A DNA stretch of 64,000 bases from Octopus sinensis (GCF_006345805.1 NC_043010.1:65224001-65288000), one strand, 5' to 3'. Positions 51,077-64,000 are shown, counted from the first letter of the stretch. Notes: generated by a model not told the origin, from the letters alone. Program-made: numbers and translations.

Positions 51077-51334
51077 GTCACTGGAAGAAGGATATATGTA
51101 TTTGCATTGGGACCCCTTTCCATGGAAGACCGGTGATTGTCGCGCGCTGACGACGGGTAAATACCCAGAAACCCGGGCCCGTGCGTATCACGTCAGGTCG
51201 ACGATAGGAAGGATGGCTTCCCTTTTCAAATACTGATAGGGCACAGAATAGCTAGCTGGAGAAAATGTTCTCCTCGGGCTACAAGCTACAGTAACATTCA
51301 CACTTAGTGGTTAGCCATATTTAAGTGTCAAATA
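51077..51334 (+). repeat. Diverged copy of hammerhead repeat family B (motif 51132-51191)
   Basis: CGCGCG CTGACGA CGGGT-AAAT-ACCCA GAAA CCCGGG CC CGTGCG; flanks are homologous to 29827-30092. Confidence 0.8.
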
Positions 51335-51395
51335 TTCTTAACATTGTGTTGTAGCTACTGTTTATACCTTGTTTAGAGATTTATTATATATACAC

Positions 51396-51460
<65 letters not shown>

Positions 51461-51514
51461 TAGATCTGTACATAAATATATATATAGTTAATTATTCTTG
51501 TTGTTTGTCCATTC

Positions 51515-51743
51515 TTGAGCCGCGCCTGTGTCATAGGGCCAGTTTCCCGGTTTCCTTGGCGTATAGGTTCCCCACCTGGACGGGACGCCAGTCCGTCGCA
51601 GGATTACTCACTTTTACTTGCTAGAGCAACGTTAAATGAAGTGTTTTGCTCAAGAACACAACGCATCGCCCGGTCCAGGAATCGAAACCACAAAAATACG
51701 ATCATGAGTTCAACACCTTAACCACTAAGTCACGCGCCTCCAC
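51515..51743 (-). mobile_element. tRNA-derived SINE
   Basis: Minus strand GGAGGCGCGTGACTTAGTGGTTAAGG...GGTTTCGATTCCTGG (A and B boxes). Confidence 0.65.
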
Positions 51744-51765
51744 ATAGTTATATATAAATATGTGT

Positions 51766-51823
<58 letters not shown>

Positions 51824-51889
51824 TTATTTTTCTATAGTTTCAGCTCAGAGCTGCGGCCATGCTAATGCACCGCTGTTTTGCTTCACTGT

Positions 51890-53190
51890 TATTACTGAGT
51901 GTCTCCTCCAATATGTGACACTTGGGGAAGAATGGTGTTTGATGTAGCTACCTTCATTTTCCCCTTTTGCTGTGAGTTAGGTTCATCTAGGAATCTCGAC
52001 AGGAAGAACCCCAGCTTTGAATTAAAAACGCCTAAATTTACTTTGTGCAGGTTCCTCAGGCTCATTAGGAGAATATTAAAATGCCGCGGGCCCCTGAACC
52101 CCAGGCTGTTGCAGTAATTGTTCCTGAAGCGCGATGGTGTTGCTGGGATCTTTGGCACTATGCAGTGACGTTGGCATTGGTGTAGCTTTCAATGCCAAAA
52201 TTTGGCCAATTATTTCCAGGATCTTCCAGATGTATATTGCTGCATTATCCTCCCGCCTTCTCTCCGAGGAGTAGAATCTTATCTGTTTCAGCCTTTCCCA
52301 GTAGCTGAGCAGTTGCAAAAAGACGACCTTCTTTGTGAATCTTCTCTGGATTGCTCTAAGGTCCGCTGATAGTTTCATACTGGTAATTTCATACTGCTGG
52401 GAGCAGTAATCAAGGTGGATGAGGACGAATGTCCTCTAGAGAACCAACATCGTTCCTTATCTCTGATTCTGAATGTTCTCAGGATCCATCCAGCCAGTCG
52501 TCTGCACTTTGTTGCCATCCTGGAAACGGGCAATTGGAAAGAGGTATCATCACTCATGTTGATACCCAGGTCCCTCACTGATTTAGGCTCTAGGATTGAA
52601 ATTTCTTGTGGACCAGTGTAACCTGTAAGTTTTACTTTTGGCTTTCGATGCGAGTAGCGCAGGGTTTGGAAATTTTCAGCATTAAAATGCATATTATTAT
52701 CGTCAGTCCATCTGTATATTTAGTCTGCTGCAGATGTGAAACGTCGCGTTGTGGTTCTCTATTTTCTGCGAGACTTGTGTATCCTCTGCGTCTCTTGCAA
52801 GGCTGACTATCCGGACACATGAGGGCATATCTGAGAAGGCCACTATAGAAAGCAGTGGTCCCAAGACAGTGCCCTGTGGAACACCACTCAGTGTTTGTTT
52901 TTCATAGAGGTGGCTCCATGAGCCACAACGTTCTGTCTTCTATATTTCAGAAAGTCATGTAACTATTCTCCAAGTTTTCCAGCTGTGCTGAGATCACGCA
53001 GTCTGTTGCATATCATACCATGATTCACTTTGTCAAAAGCTTTTGCAAAACCAAGGCATATTACATCCACATTTGATTTATTGAGTAACTGCTTCAACAC
53101 CCAGTCATAAGGCTGTAAGAGCTGGCTGGGTAGCTGGCTGGGTCAGGCGGCTCCTACCTGGTCGAAAGCCATGCTGGTTATCATCTAGGA
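51890..53190 (-). mobile_element. CR1-like LINE 3' fragment (RT), degenerate
   Basis: QHGFRPGRS, GVPQGTVLG, VRDLGI and LSYWERLK..FYS.ERRRE. Confidence 0.82.
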
Positions 53191-53361
53191 CAGAGTGAAG
53201 TGAAAAGTGGAGGGAAATGAGCAAGGAGAGAAGGCAAAGAAATGTGAGAGAGGGTGAACGAAAGAACGACGCGTGAAAGGGCTGATAGACAGAAATAGAG
53301 TCGTGCAAGATTTAGAAAACTGTATACTTACATATAGATGAATAAAGTGTACGTACGCCGC

Positions 53362-53454
<93 letters not shown>

Positions 53455-53733
53455 ATATATTTATAAAATACAGAATGGGACAAGAACGCAAAACATCCAG
53501 ACAGTCAGGTGATACAGAAAAAAACGAGAACAAAAAATTCAAATAGACGATACAAAGAAAACAAGGACGGGTCATTCGGATTTTTCTTTCCTCAGTCGAG
53601 TTCGAGATTATCTTTGCAATTTCCGCTGGTCATACTCGAGATTGCTCCAATCTGGCGAGCCCCAAGGAAAAATACTTATTTTTATATATCTATATGTATA
53701 AATAGATATATATATATATATATATATATGTAA

Positions 53734-53777
<44 letters not shown>

Positions 53778-54265
53778 TTCTGTGTATGTACCAAATCCAC
53801 CAACAAGGCGTTGGACAACCCGACGCTATAATAGAAGACATGCACAACGTGCCATGCAGTGGGATTGAAACCGGATCCATATGGTTGGAAAGCAAGCTTC
53901 TTACCAAACTTTCATTCATTAATATCTCTATCACCATTGAACACCATTTCTGATATAGGGAGGCGACGTATGCAAAAGATGCTGAAGGAAGTCCTTTGTC
54001 TGCTCGTGATTCTCTATAATTATCTATATTTGATATTTCATCGAATTTTATTTTACGCGAATACTTTCATCCTATTCTCTGTGGTTACATTTCATTGATC
54101 CACTTTGAAATACAATGAGGAATCAAGTATATACTCATCTCTATCTAGTGTCTGTAATGCTAAAATATATAACAATATCTAGCATATTAAGTCATCCATA
54201 CTATGTCATAAAACTATGTCTTATAATAGCAATTCATACCCAACGTTTTTATTTTATCATTTCAG

Positions 54266-54394
54266 AATGTATCAGCGGTAATTTTGGTCGCAATTGCACA
54301 AAGTCCTGCCATTGTTCCCTAACATGTAACCACATAAATGGATCGTGTCCAGGTGACTGTCATGCAGGATACACCGGATCCAACTGCCAAGAAG
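54266..54394 (+). CDS. Exon 9: EGF-like repeat (CISGNFGRNCTKSCHCSLTCNHINGSCPGDCHAGYTGSNCQE)
   Basis: TTTCAG acceptor, G|GTTATT donor, 129 bp, phase 1-1. Confidence 0.9.
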
Positions 54395-54655
54395 GTTATT
54401 TCCAATTCTTTTTATTCCAACATTTTAAAATTCTCTACATTTGATTTAGTGTTTCTTAGCGTAAATCAACTTTCTTATTTATCATCAAAGACTACTTCAA
54501 TGTTAACTCATGAGTTATGCTTTAAGATAAGAAAATAAAAAAGCGTATCATTGATATCTCACATATATTTGTAGAAGAGAACTCTTACAGCCATAACTTT
54601 TATTGTATGGAGCTAATAATATCTAACCTATTGTGTTTTGTATTAATACTTTCAG

Positions 54656-54790
54656 AATGTAAAGATGGTAGATTTGGTAGCAATTGTAGAGGGACATGTC
54701 ATTGTATAAACAACAAAAAGTGCGACAGAAGAAATGGAACATGCTCAGATGGATGTTCTGCTGGATATAGAGGCACCTTTTGTCAACAAA
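54656..54790 (+). CDS. Exon 10: EGF-like repeat (CKDGRFGSNCRGTCHCINNKKCDRRNGTCSDGCSAGYRGTFCQQ)
   Basis: TTTCAG acceptor, A|GTATGA donor, 135 bp, phase 1-1. Confidence 0.9.
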
Positions 54791-55260
54791 GTATGATATG
54801 AAACTATAACATATTTCATAAAGATATGTTTTAATATCTGCATCTGATTCTTACTTTATCGTTTCTTTTATTTCATAAACGTGGTAATGGAGACGGGGAC
54901 TAAACAGGTTTATAACCAATATATTTACCAAACTTACATTCATTAAATACTTCGTGAATTCATATTGAGATATGTGGGTTGCATGCCTTCTTATGTATGC
55001 TGTATATACGTATATATATATATATATGTATTTATGTATATATATATATATGCGTGTGTGTGTGTGCATGTATATATATATATATACACATATATATATG
55101 TATATGTATGTATATACATATAATATATATGTATGTATATACAAATATGTATATGTATTAATGCTTATATATATATGTCTATATATATATGTGTGTGTGT
55201 GTGTGTATGTATATAATATGTATATACATAGATATCTATGTAATACACACATATATATAG

Positions 55261-55331
<71 letters not shown>

Positions 55332-55337
<6 letters not shown>

Positions 55338-55515
55338 GTGTATAGATAAATAGAGGGGTTGGACAAAATAATGGAAACACTGTGAAATTTTAAACAAATT
55401 ATCATAAAATGGGGTAAGAAGGACTTTGGCAGTAATTACAGCTTCAATTCTACAAGGTATGAACTTGTACAAGATTTGCATTGTTTCCAAAGGAAATATT
55501 GTCCATTCTTCAACG
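55332..55515. mobile_element. Tc1-like terminal fragment
   Basis: AGAGGGGTTGGACAAAATAATGGAAACAC resembles a Tc1 TIR; the minus strand encodes a Tc1 C-terminal remnant (IPCRIEAVITAK). Confidence 0.55.
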
Positions 55516-56460
55516 ATGATTTTTGAAAGATACTAAAAAAATATAATTTGTAGAACATTATGCATGCTGGATTTCGGTTGAGCGTTCTGTATCTAGTTCT
55601 GGAAATTGTGTTTTGTAAACGACAGACTATGCTGATGATGTTCCAGATGTTTGCGTATCCATATACAAAAATTTTAACAATTGAAAGTAATTAGTACATA
55701 TGTAATCGTTTTTTATTTCGTATATTTTCATTTGTCTTGCTTATTTTTACACTTTGGTTTTTTGCTGAGTTTAATCTTGAGAACACATTCTTCGTGGAAA
55801 ATGACGATTTTGACGTCTATATCTAGCGTATAGGCTGTCCAGCTTTAGTGGCCAGTCGTCTAAATTTTGTATGAAAAAAATGTCTAATCTTCGGATTCTT
55901 TAAAATATGCCAGGCCACTGGTTTTAATTGATTAATATCAATTTCTACCCTTATTTAATTATATATATATGTATATAAATAGATGAGTGTATTTTTACCT
56001 TGTTAACATTATTTTTACCTTGTTTTCATTATTTTTTCTAAAAATACTCTAGTAAACACAGTTATAGAGCGAGCATACAGTTGTAAGCATTGGCAAAAAC
56101 ATACATTTAGTGCATATATATAGTCTCTATCGTTATATATAATTTAAACTTTAATTTCCTTTATATTTAACACTCACTGTTAATATCCCTACTCTTTCTG
56201 TTAGCTACTTATGACATTATATCATATAACGTTTTTTTTAAACAATATTAATAGCGTTCTGTCAATCGCTATACAAATCCATCATTTTTTGCTAAAATGT
56301 CTTCTTGACGAGGTTCGTGTTTTTCACTTTCCTGATGAGAAGATTGCATTGTTTATACCATTTATTCTTTTGAATAGTATCAGTGGAATTTTCGAAACAT
56401 GTGTCGAAAGTAAAAATATTTGATTACACCTGCGTTAAACTCCATTTATTTATTCATATA

Positions 56461-56528
<68 letters not shown>

Positions 56529-57074
56529 CTTATGTAAGTACATATATAATTAGGTGTGTGTGCATGCATGTATTCGACTGCCTTCTTTCAGTTTCTGCCT
56601 ACCAAATTCACTACCAAGGCTTTGGTCGACCCGACACTATAATAGGAGACGTATACACAACCTGCCATGCAGTGGGACTGAACCCGGATCCATATGGTTG
56701 GGAAGCAATCTTCTTACCAAACTTTCATTCATTAATAACTCTATCACCATTGAACACCATTTCTGGTATAGGGAGGCGACGTATGCAAAAGTTGCTGAAA
56801 GAAGTCCTTTGTCTTCTCGTGATTCCCTATAATTATCAATATTTGATATTTCATCGGATTTCATTTAACGCGAATAATTTCATCTTATTATCTATAGTGA
56901 CATTTCATTGATCCACGTTGAAATACAATGAGGAATCAACTATATATTTACCTCTATCTAGTGTCTGTAATGCTAAAAGAAAAAATAATATCTAGCATAT
57001 TAAGTCGTCTATACTATACCATATAATTCTTATAATAGCAATTCATACCCAACGTTTTTATTTTATTATTTCAG

Positions 57075-57203
57075 AATGTCTCAGCGGCAGATTTGGTCCC
57101 GAATGTACAAAGTTCTGTCATTGTTCCGAAACATGTAACCACATAAATGGATTATGTCCAGGAGTGTGTGAAGCAGGATACACCGGGTACAACTGCCAAA
57201 AAG
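57075..57203 (+). CDS. Exon 11: EGF-like repeat, paralog of exon 9 (CLSGRFGPECTKFCHCSETCNHINGLCPGVCEAGYTGYNCQK)
   Basis: TTTCAG acceptor, G|GTTATT donor, 129 bp, phase 1-1. Confidence 0.9.
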
Positions 57204-57464
57204 GTTATTTCCAACACCTTTTATTCCAATATTTTAAAATTCTCTACATTTGATTTAGTGCTTCTTAGCGTAAATCAACTTTCTTATTTATCATCAAAAA
57301 CTACTTCAATGTTAACTCATGAGTTATGCTTTAAGATAAGGTAATAAAAAGGCGTGTCTTTGATATCTCACATATATTTGTAGAAGAGAACTCTTACAGC
57401 CATAACTTTTATTGTGTGGAGCTAATAATATCTAATCTATTGTGTTTTATATTAATATTTTCAG

Positions 57465-57599
57465 AATGTGAAGTTGGTAGATTTGGTAGCAATTGTACAG
57501 GAACATGTCATTGTATAAACAACAAAAAGTGCGACAGAATAACTGGAAAATGCTCAGATGGATGTTCTGCTGGATATACAGGATCCTTTTGTCAAAAAA
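57465..57599 (+). CDS. Exon 12: EGF-like repeat, paralog of exon 10 (CEVGRFGSNCTGTCHCINNKKCDRITGKCSDGCSAGYTGSFCQK)
   Basis: TTTCAG acceptor, A|GTATAA donor, 135 bp, phase 1-1. Confidence 0.88.
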
Positions 57600-57902
57600 G
57601 TATAATATGAAACTATGATACATTTCATAAAAATATGTTTAAATCTCTGCATTAGATTCTTACTTTATCTTTCCTTTTATCTCATTAACGTGGTAATTGG
57701 GACGGGGACTATACAGGTTTATAACCAATATATTTTCGTGCATTCATTTTGAGATATGTGGGTTGCATGCGTTTTTATGTATACTGTATATATGTATGGA
57801 TGTACGTATACGTATTTATGTATATACTTGTATATATACGTATATACTTGTATATATATGTATATACTTGTATATAGATGTATATATGTATATACATATA
57901 TC

Positions 57903-57959
<57 letters not shown>

Positions 57960-58069
57960 CTGAAACGTAAAATACTTTTTCTATTCCTGAGCGTTATACT
58001 AATACATCTGTTTGTTTTGTACACCACTTGTCTTTGGCTTTTGTTCTTTCTCCTAAACTCTCCCTATTA

Positions 58070-61000
58070 CCAACTTCCCTTACCTCGACATTCCTGTTAA
58101 ATGTACGTGGCATCAACCCATCAATTATTGCCCCAAAATGGAAGATCCCATATATAGAGAGTTGGCTTGCCGAAATGGCACATTGCTTCCCTTTCTTTAT
58201 CCTTACCGAGACTCACCTGAACAACACCCATATGGACGCAGAGGTGAAAATAAAAGATTTCACCATTGTTCGTGCGGATCGCACAGACCGAAATAAGGGA
58301 GGGACAGCCATCTTTATCCATGACTCCTTTTCACTTGATGCCAAGGACACATTTTCCAATGGCTACTGTGAATCGGTATCACTATACAACAAAGCCAAGG
58401 ACATAACCATTGTTGGTCTTTACAGGCCTCCCCAGGTACCTCTAAAGTACTTTGAAGAGTGCCTTAGCAAAGTCAAGTCCTTCCTTCGGAAGTACCACTC
58501 CGGAAACATACTAGTGATGGGTGATTTTAACCTCCCTCATGTGAACTGGCCCACAAATACTCCGAAGTTAGGCAAGTGCTCTACATCAGATAGGGCAGCA
58601 GCTGAACTGCTCTCTAATCTGATGGATGAGTATTTCCTGACTCAGCTAGTGCTTGAACCAACGAGACAGTATAAAACGATCTTGGATCTGGTATTGACCA
58701 ATCACTCTAGCTACGTTCACAGCATTTCATTCGAAAAAACTCTCCTCTCAGACCACGACATGGTACTCTGCAATCTTAATTCCCGACATATAAAAACCAA
58801 ACCAGCCAATCCCACTCCATGGCACCCATTTGACAACATAAACTTCCACAAAGCGGACTGGGGAACAATCAGAAAGGATCTGTCTTCCATCGACTGGTCT
58901 TTTACTCTCAATTCCCCTCATATTGAGACCGCGTGGCAGCACTTTGAAAACATTGTCACCTATACATGCTCTAAACACGCTCCCAAGAAATCTACTAACA
59001 CAAACAGAAACCGGCTCCCTAAAAAGAAAAAAACACTCATCAGGCGCATCAAAAGACTCAACAAAAAAAATCAACCAATTAAAATATTCCCACACACAAC
59101 ATCCACATTCAATAACAATGAAAAGACTAGAGCTGGAAAAACTTCATCTGCAGACTAACATGAAAACCTCCATTGAAAATCAAAGAGCTGTGGAGGAACA
59201 ATGGGTAATCAAAAACATCAAACAGAACCCAAAAGTGTTCTATTCTTATGCAAATAAGCATAGAACCACTGTCTCACCCATTGGGCCATTGATTGATGAT
59301 AACGGCATTCCCCAACATGATGCTAAAGAAATGGCAGAAATACTGCAGAAACAATACTGCTCTGTCTTCAGTGTTCCCACTGATACTGACGTGAGGGAAA
59401 CGAACGAAGTTGACTCCCAACACAAAATCGCAGACATAACCTTCACTGCCACCGACATCGTAGCAGCAATAAATGAGGTCAAACATTACTCTGCTGTAGG
59501 CCCTGATAGATTTCCCGCTAGTCTCCTGAAGGAATGTAGATATCAACTTGCAGTCCCTCTGACCAACCTCTGGAGAAACTCGTTAGACGCAGGTTATATA
59601 CCGAAACAGTTTCTATCCCAGTCGGTCATCCCGGTTTTCAAACAGGGAAACAGATCCCTCGCAGTCAACTATCACCCAATCTCACTCACCTCCCACATCA
59701 TTAAAGTGTTTGAAAGAGTGTTAAGATCAAGGATAGCTGACTTCCTGGAGACCCACAAACTCCTAAATTCAAATCAGCATGGCTTTCGCTGTGGCAAGGA
59801 CTGTCTAACACAGCTCTTACACCACATTGAAGATGTACTCAAAGCCTTGGGAACAGGTTCGAACTCTGACGTCATATATCTTGACTTCAGTAAAGCGTTC
59901 GACAGGGTAGACCATAACATCCTACTCTCGAAATTGGCAAATGTTGGAATCCGTGGAAAAGTTCTACACTGGATTAAGTATTTCCTGGCGAATAAAACAC
60001 ATGTTGTAGTTGATGGAGTCCACTCAAACCCAGCAAAAGTCACCAGCGGTGTTCCCCAGGGAACTGTTTTCGGCCCGCTACTCTTCATAATTTACGTAAA
60101 CGACCTTTCCAGTGTCGTACATCACTGCAAAGTGAAAATATTCGCTGATGACACTAAGCTCCAGCAAATCGTCAATGAAGAAGCAGACCGAACTCAACTC
60201 CAGTCTGATCTATATGCTGTGAGTCAATGGGCAGACAGAAACAAAATGCAACTGAATGAGGGAAAATTTGAGCTGATGCATTTTGGAAGAAATTCCTCAC
60301 TAAAACAACCATACACTCTTCCTTCAGGGGAACCGCTCACAGCCTCTAACAATATCAGACACCTGGGTGTAATTGTTGATAACGATCTCAGTTGGAGTGC
60401 ACACATCAACAAGAAGGTTGATATAGCTCGTAGGATGAGTTCCTGGATCTGAAGAACTTTCCGGTCCAGAGAACAAGGTGTCATCATACCACTTTTTTCC
60501 TCCTTTGTACGGCCACACCTTGAATACTGCTGCCCACTGTGGTCTCCTCACACAAGACAAAACATCTCCAGAATTGAGTCACCCCAGAGGGCTCTCACTA
60601 AACAAATTGAAGGCATGGCTGCTCTCGATTATTGGGATCGCCTTAAAGCCTTGAAACTTTACTCCCTCCAGCGTCGCCGTGAGCGGTACATCATTTGTAC
60701 GATGTGGAAAACATACCGCCAACTTTGCCCAAACGACCTAAACATTAGCTTCAAGGTCCATCCAAGACTTGGACCACGGGCTATACGTCCCCTGCCAAAT
60801 TCAAGATCACAACATACATGTACACTGCAACATAATTTCTTTTCCTCAACAGGCTCTGCCCTATTTAACATTGTCCCGAGGGAGATCAAAGAGGAAAAGG
60901 ATCCCATCAACTTTAAACAGAGTCTGGATAGATTCCTTCAAAGAATACCAGATAAGCCACCCATAATTGGATACAACTCACCCAACAAGAACTCACTACT

Positions 61001-61115
61001 TGAACAAAACTTGACTTAAACAGGATTCGAATAATCCTATCAGGTGGTGCTATTAAGTTAGACATGGCCTGGACCAATCTCTGGTCGAAACATATCTAAG
61101 TTTATCTAAGTTTAT
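58070..61115 (+). mobile_element. CR1-like LINE ORF2 (APE + RT), 5'-truncated, lightly disabled
   Basis: APE motifs LTETHL, GDFN, LDLV and SDH; RT motifs YLDFSKAFD, GVPQGTV and FADD. One frameshift in A-runs near 59030-59070 and a TGA at 60450-52. The 3' end is a TATCTAAGTT repeat. Confidence 0.92.
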
Positions 61116-61299
61116 ATATATATATTTATAGTCTCAACTGAATGGCTGGCTGCAGCCTTAAAAAGCAAATAATCAATGATGTACCAAAACAGTATAAAAG
61201 ATAAATAGCAGTAAGGACTGTGGAACCGCATCAGATGAAAGATTCTGGCCCGGCACTGGCTCCAGAGCATCACAGCCTGAACCCGACCGTCATCATGCT

Positions 61300-63765
61300 A
61301 CTGTGATAGAACCAAATAGAATATTTAATATTGGCTGTTGGAATGCACGGACACTGCTTGGCTGCAAGTCCTCTGAATGTCCTGAACGAAGGACTGCGCT
61401 TGTTGCGAAGGGGCTTTAACGCTATGATCTTGACATCGTTGCTTTATCTGAGACGAGATTACCTGGAGATGGTCATCTTACAGAATCTTGTGGGAAATAA
61501 ACATTCTTTTGGAAAGGGAGAAGTGAGGTGTTTAGAGGAGAGGCTGGAGTGGCATTGGCTGTTAAGACTACTCTTGTGGACAAGTTGGAAGAATTCCCAG
61601 TCGGAATTAACGAGCGTCTTATGTCCATGAGAATTCCCTTGGTTAAAGGAAATTATGTGACCTTGGTGAGTGTTTATGCTCACTATGTGCTATACTGATG
61701 ATAAAAAAATTTCTTTCTACCATGCTTTGAAGGGCATTATAAGAAATATCCCTCGAGCAGGCACAGTCATCATACTGAGTGACTTTAATGCTAGAGTGGG
61801 TAGGGATTTTAACACATGGACTGTAACTGGAAAGCATGGGGTGGGAAAGTGTAATAGTAATGGTATGCTACTGCTGCAGATGTGTGAGGAGCTGCGTCTG
61901 TGTGTTACCAATACCATGTTTCAACAAAAGAATATGTTTAAGACCACATGCGTCTAAAGAATGGCATATTCTAGATTACATCTTGTGCAGTGTGTTCGTG
62001 TTCTTCGTGGAGCTGAGTGTTGTACTGACCACCGCCTAGTACGTGGAAAAGGGAAATTAGTCACAAAACATAAAATCCGGGCTGCAGGGATTACCCTGCC
62101 TGAAAGACTGAATGTTGATCGTCTCGGGTATAATAGTGTGAAGAGAACTTTACGAGAGGAAATGAATGATGCAGATATTGGGGAGGATTGGCCGACCCTT
62201 AAAAAGTCAGTTTATGATATAGGCAAGAAAGTTCTGGGATTGATACAAAGAAAGCCTCAAGATCGGTTTAAAGAAAATAATGAACATATAGATGATTTAT
62301 TGGCTGATAAAAGACGAACTTTGTCACGCTATTTGTCAGCAAAGCCACAGGAAAGAGAAGTGCTGCATAGGGAAATCAAGGATGTAAAATCACGACTGAG
62401 GCAAAGGCTCTCTCAGATGAGGGATAGGTGGTGGAGTTAGAGGGCGGATGAGATATAGGTGGTGTCAGATTCCAATAACACAAAGCTGTTGTATGATCTC
62501 TTGCGAGAAGTTTATGGACCGTGTTCTTCGCTGATGACACCACTTCGAAGCAGGGATGGTAAAGAACTTCTTCGTGATTCACAAGGAATTCTGCGAAGGT
62601 GGCAAGAACACATTGATGAACTTTTGAATCAGCAGTCTGTAGTTAGTGAGGATGTTCTCTATTTCATCCCTGTATTACCCGTGAAGGCAGCACTCGCAGA
62701 ACCACCAAAGTTGGAGGAAGTTGCAGTGGCTGTCTCAAGGATGAATAACGGGAAATCTCCGGGTATGGATGGCATACATGCGGAGTTGTTACAGCATGGT
62801 GGTGAGAAACCTCTACGGCAATTTTACTCTTTGTTTGGTAAGATATGGACTAGTGAATCTATACCTGAAGACTGGAGAGATACAGTAATAGTGGTCTTGC
62901 ATAAAGGAAAGGGCAACAGGAATGATTGTGATAACTATAAGGGAATATCTTTGCTTTCTGTCGTAGGAAAGGTTTTATGCAGGGTACTTCTGGATCGTCT
63001 GTTGAAACACGTTGCAGACTGTGTTCTTCCAAAAAGTCAATCTGGCTTTCATGTGGGATGTGGCACTGCTGATATGATCTTTTCAGCTAGACAGCTTCAG
63101 AAGTGTGTGGAAGAGGGTCTAGATTTGTATCAGGTTTTTGTTGATCTGACAAAAGCCTTTGATACCGTTAATAGAAAAGCATATAAGGACTTTCTGAAGG
63201 CTTCCTTAAGAGATGCTTGCATCTCTCCTGACACATGAGAGGGAATAGCTATTGATCGTAGCAGTTGGAGAAGGATTGTGCACGAGGGGACAGCTACTTT
63301 TGAGAAATCTCGAGTTGCGCATGAGAAAGTAAGGAGGGATGTCAGGAAGGGCATCGCTGTTACATTTCCAGATGGGAAGGGTCTCTCTATGATGCTGACA
63401 TGAAGTGTCTGTGCAAGACCCTGCCTCACTAAAGCTGAACTCAAGAGTCCTCTTCGTAGTCATAGAACGAGACTGATGAGTGACAGCCTGGCCACTGGTG
63501 GTGGTGTTACACACCATAATAATCATATCTGTCAGGCATGTGGAAGATAGTGTAATTCGGCAGGAGGACTTAAATGACATACAAAGTTACATGAAGCCCA
63601 GTTACAACTAGAGCCGGCTATTACCAGTAAAGGTTTTAGTTGTCAATTTTGTACAAGACATTGTAGATCTTTAGCTGGGCTAAAAAGTCACATTCGATCA
63701 CAGCACCAGTAACAGTTAAGCTTTGTGCAATGGCCATACTAGCCAAAATGGGGGAAGCCATCACA
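61300..63765 (+). mobile_element. RTE (BovB-like) LINE, degenerate, with an internal deletion of the RT core and C-terminal C2H2 fingers
   Basis: SDFNARVG, TDHRLV, GKSPGMDGI, NYKGISLLS, then DLTKAFDTVNR joined directly to YKDFLKASL; CQFCTRHCRSLAGLKSHIRSQH near the 3' end. Confidence 0.88.
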
Positions 63766-63775
63766 TATATGTATG

Positions 63776-63848
<73 letters not shown>

Positions 63849-63852
<4 letters not shown>

Positions 63853-64000
63853 GCGCAATGGCCCAGTGGTTAGGGCAGCGAAATCGCGTCGTGGGATCGC
63901 AGTTTCGATTCCCAGACCGGGATTTGTGAGTGTTTATTGAGCGAAAACACCTAAAGCTCCACGAGGCTCTGGCAGGTGGGGGTGGCGATCCCTGCTGTAC
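63849..64000 (+). mobile_element. 5' part of a tRNA-derived SINE
   Basis: GGCGCAATGGCCCAGTGGTTAGGG A-box and GTTTCGATTCCC B-box; no complete cloverleaf. Confidence 0.65.

Larger units (their letters stand above)
53780..57800 (+). repeat. Tandem segmental duplication of a two-exon unit (~53780-55000 vs ~56590-57800, offset 2809 bp at the exons)
   Basis: The SINE fragment, introns and both exons align colinearly. Confidence 0.93.

Noticed and set aside
53560-53605. Minus-strand CTGAGGA...GAAT hammerhead-like string
   Set aside because: The GAAA core and stem II are not intact; too degenerate to support.

Overview
AT-rich, microsatellite- and transposon-dense eukaryotic DNA. The repeat landscape suggests a mollusc, probably an octopus (inference). 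The whole window lies inside one + strand multi-exon gene. I found 12 internal exons, all with phase-1 boundaries, encoding Cys-rich EGF/laminin-EGF-like repeats and F5/8-type C/fucolectin (FTP)-like domains, i.e. a MEGF10/CED-1-like or receptor-PTP-type ectodomain. Neither start nor stop is in the window. One FTP exon is frameshifted. A recently duplicated EGF exon pair has diverged more in its exons than in its intron. The introns hold mariner, Tigger/pogo, Tc1, Helitron, CR1-like, RTE, Penelope-like (PLE) and SINE elements, plus an apparently intact R4/Dong retrotransposon in an (AAT)n array with two non-coding companion elements. The most striking unannotated signal is non-coding: at least five repeat families carry type I hammerhead-ribozyme motifs. 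These include a 362-bp tandem plus inverted array with a U3-A8 variant core (retrozyme/PLE-pLTR-like, a candidate circRNA source), a 600-bp palindrome whose hammerhead shows covariation with a distant copy, and a hammerhead with a very long stem II. All coordinates and folds were read by eye.
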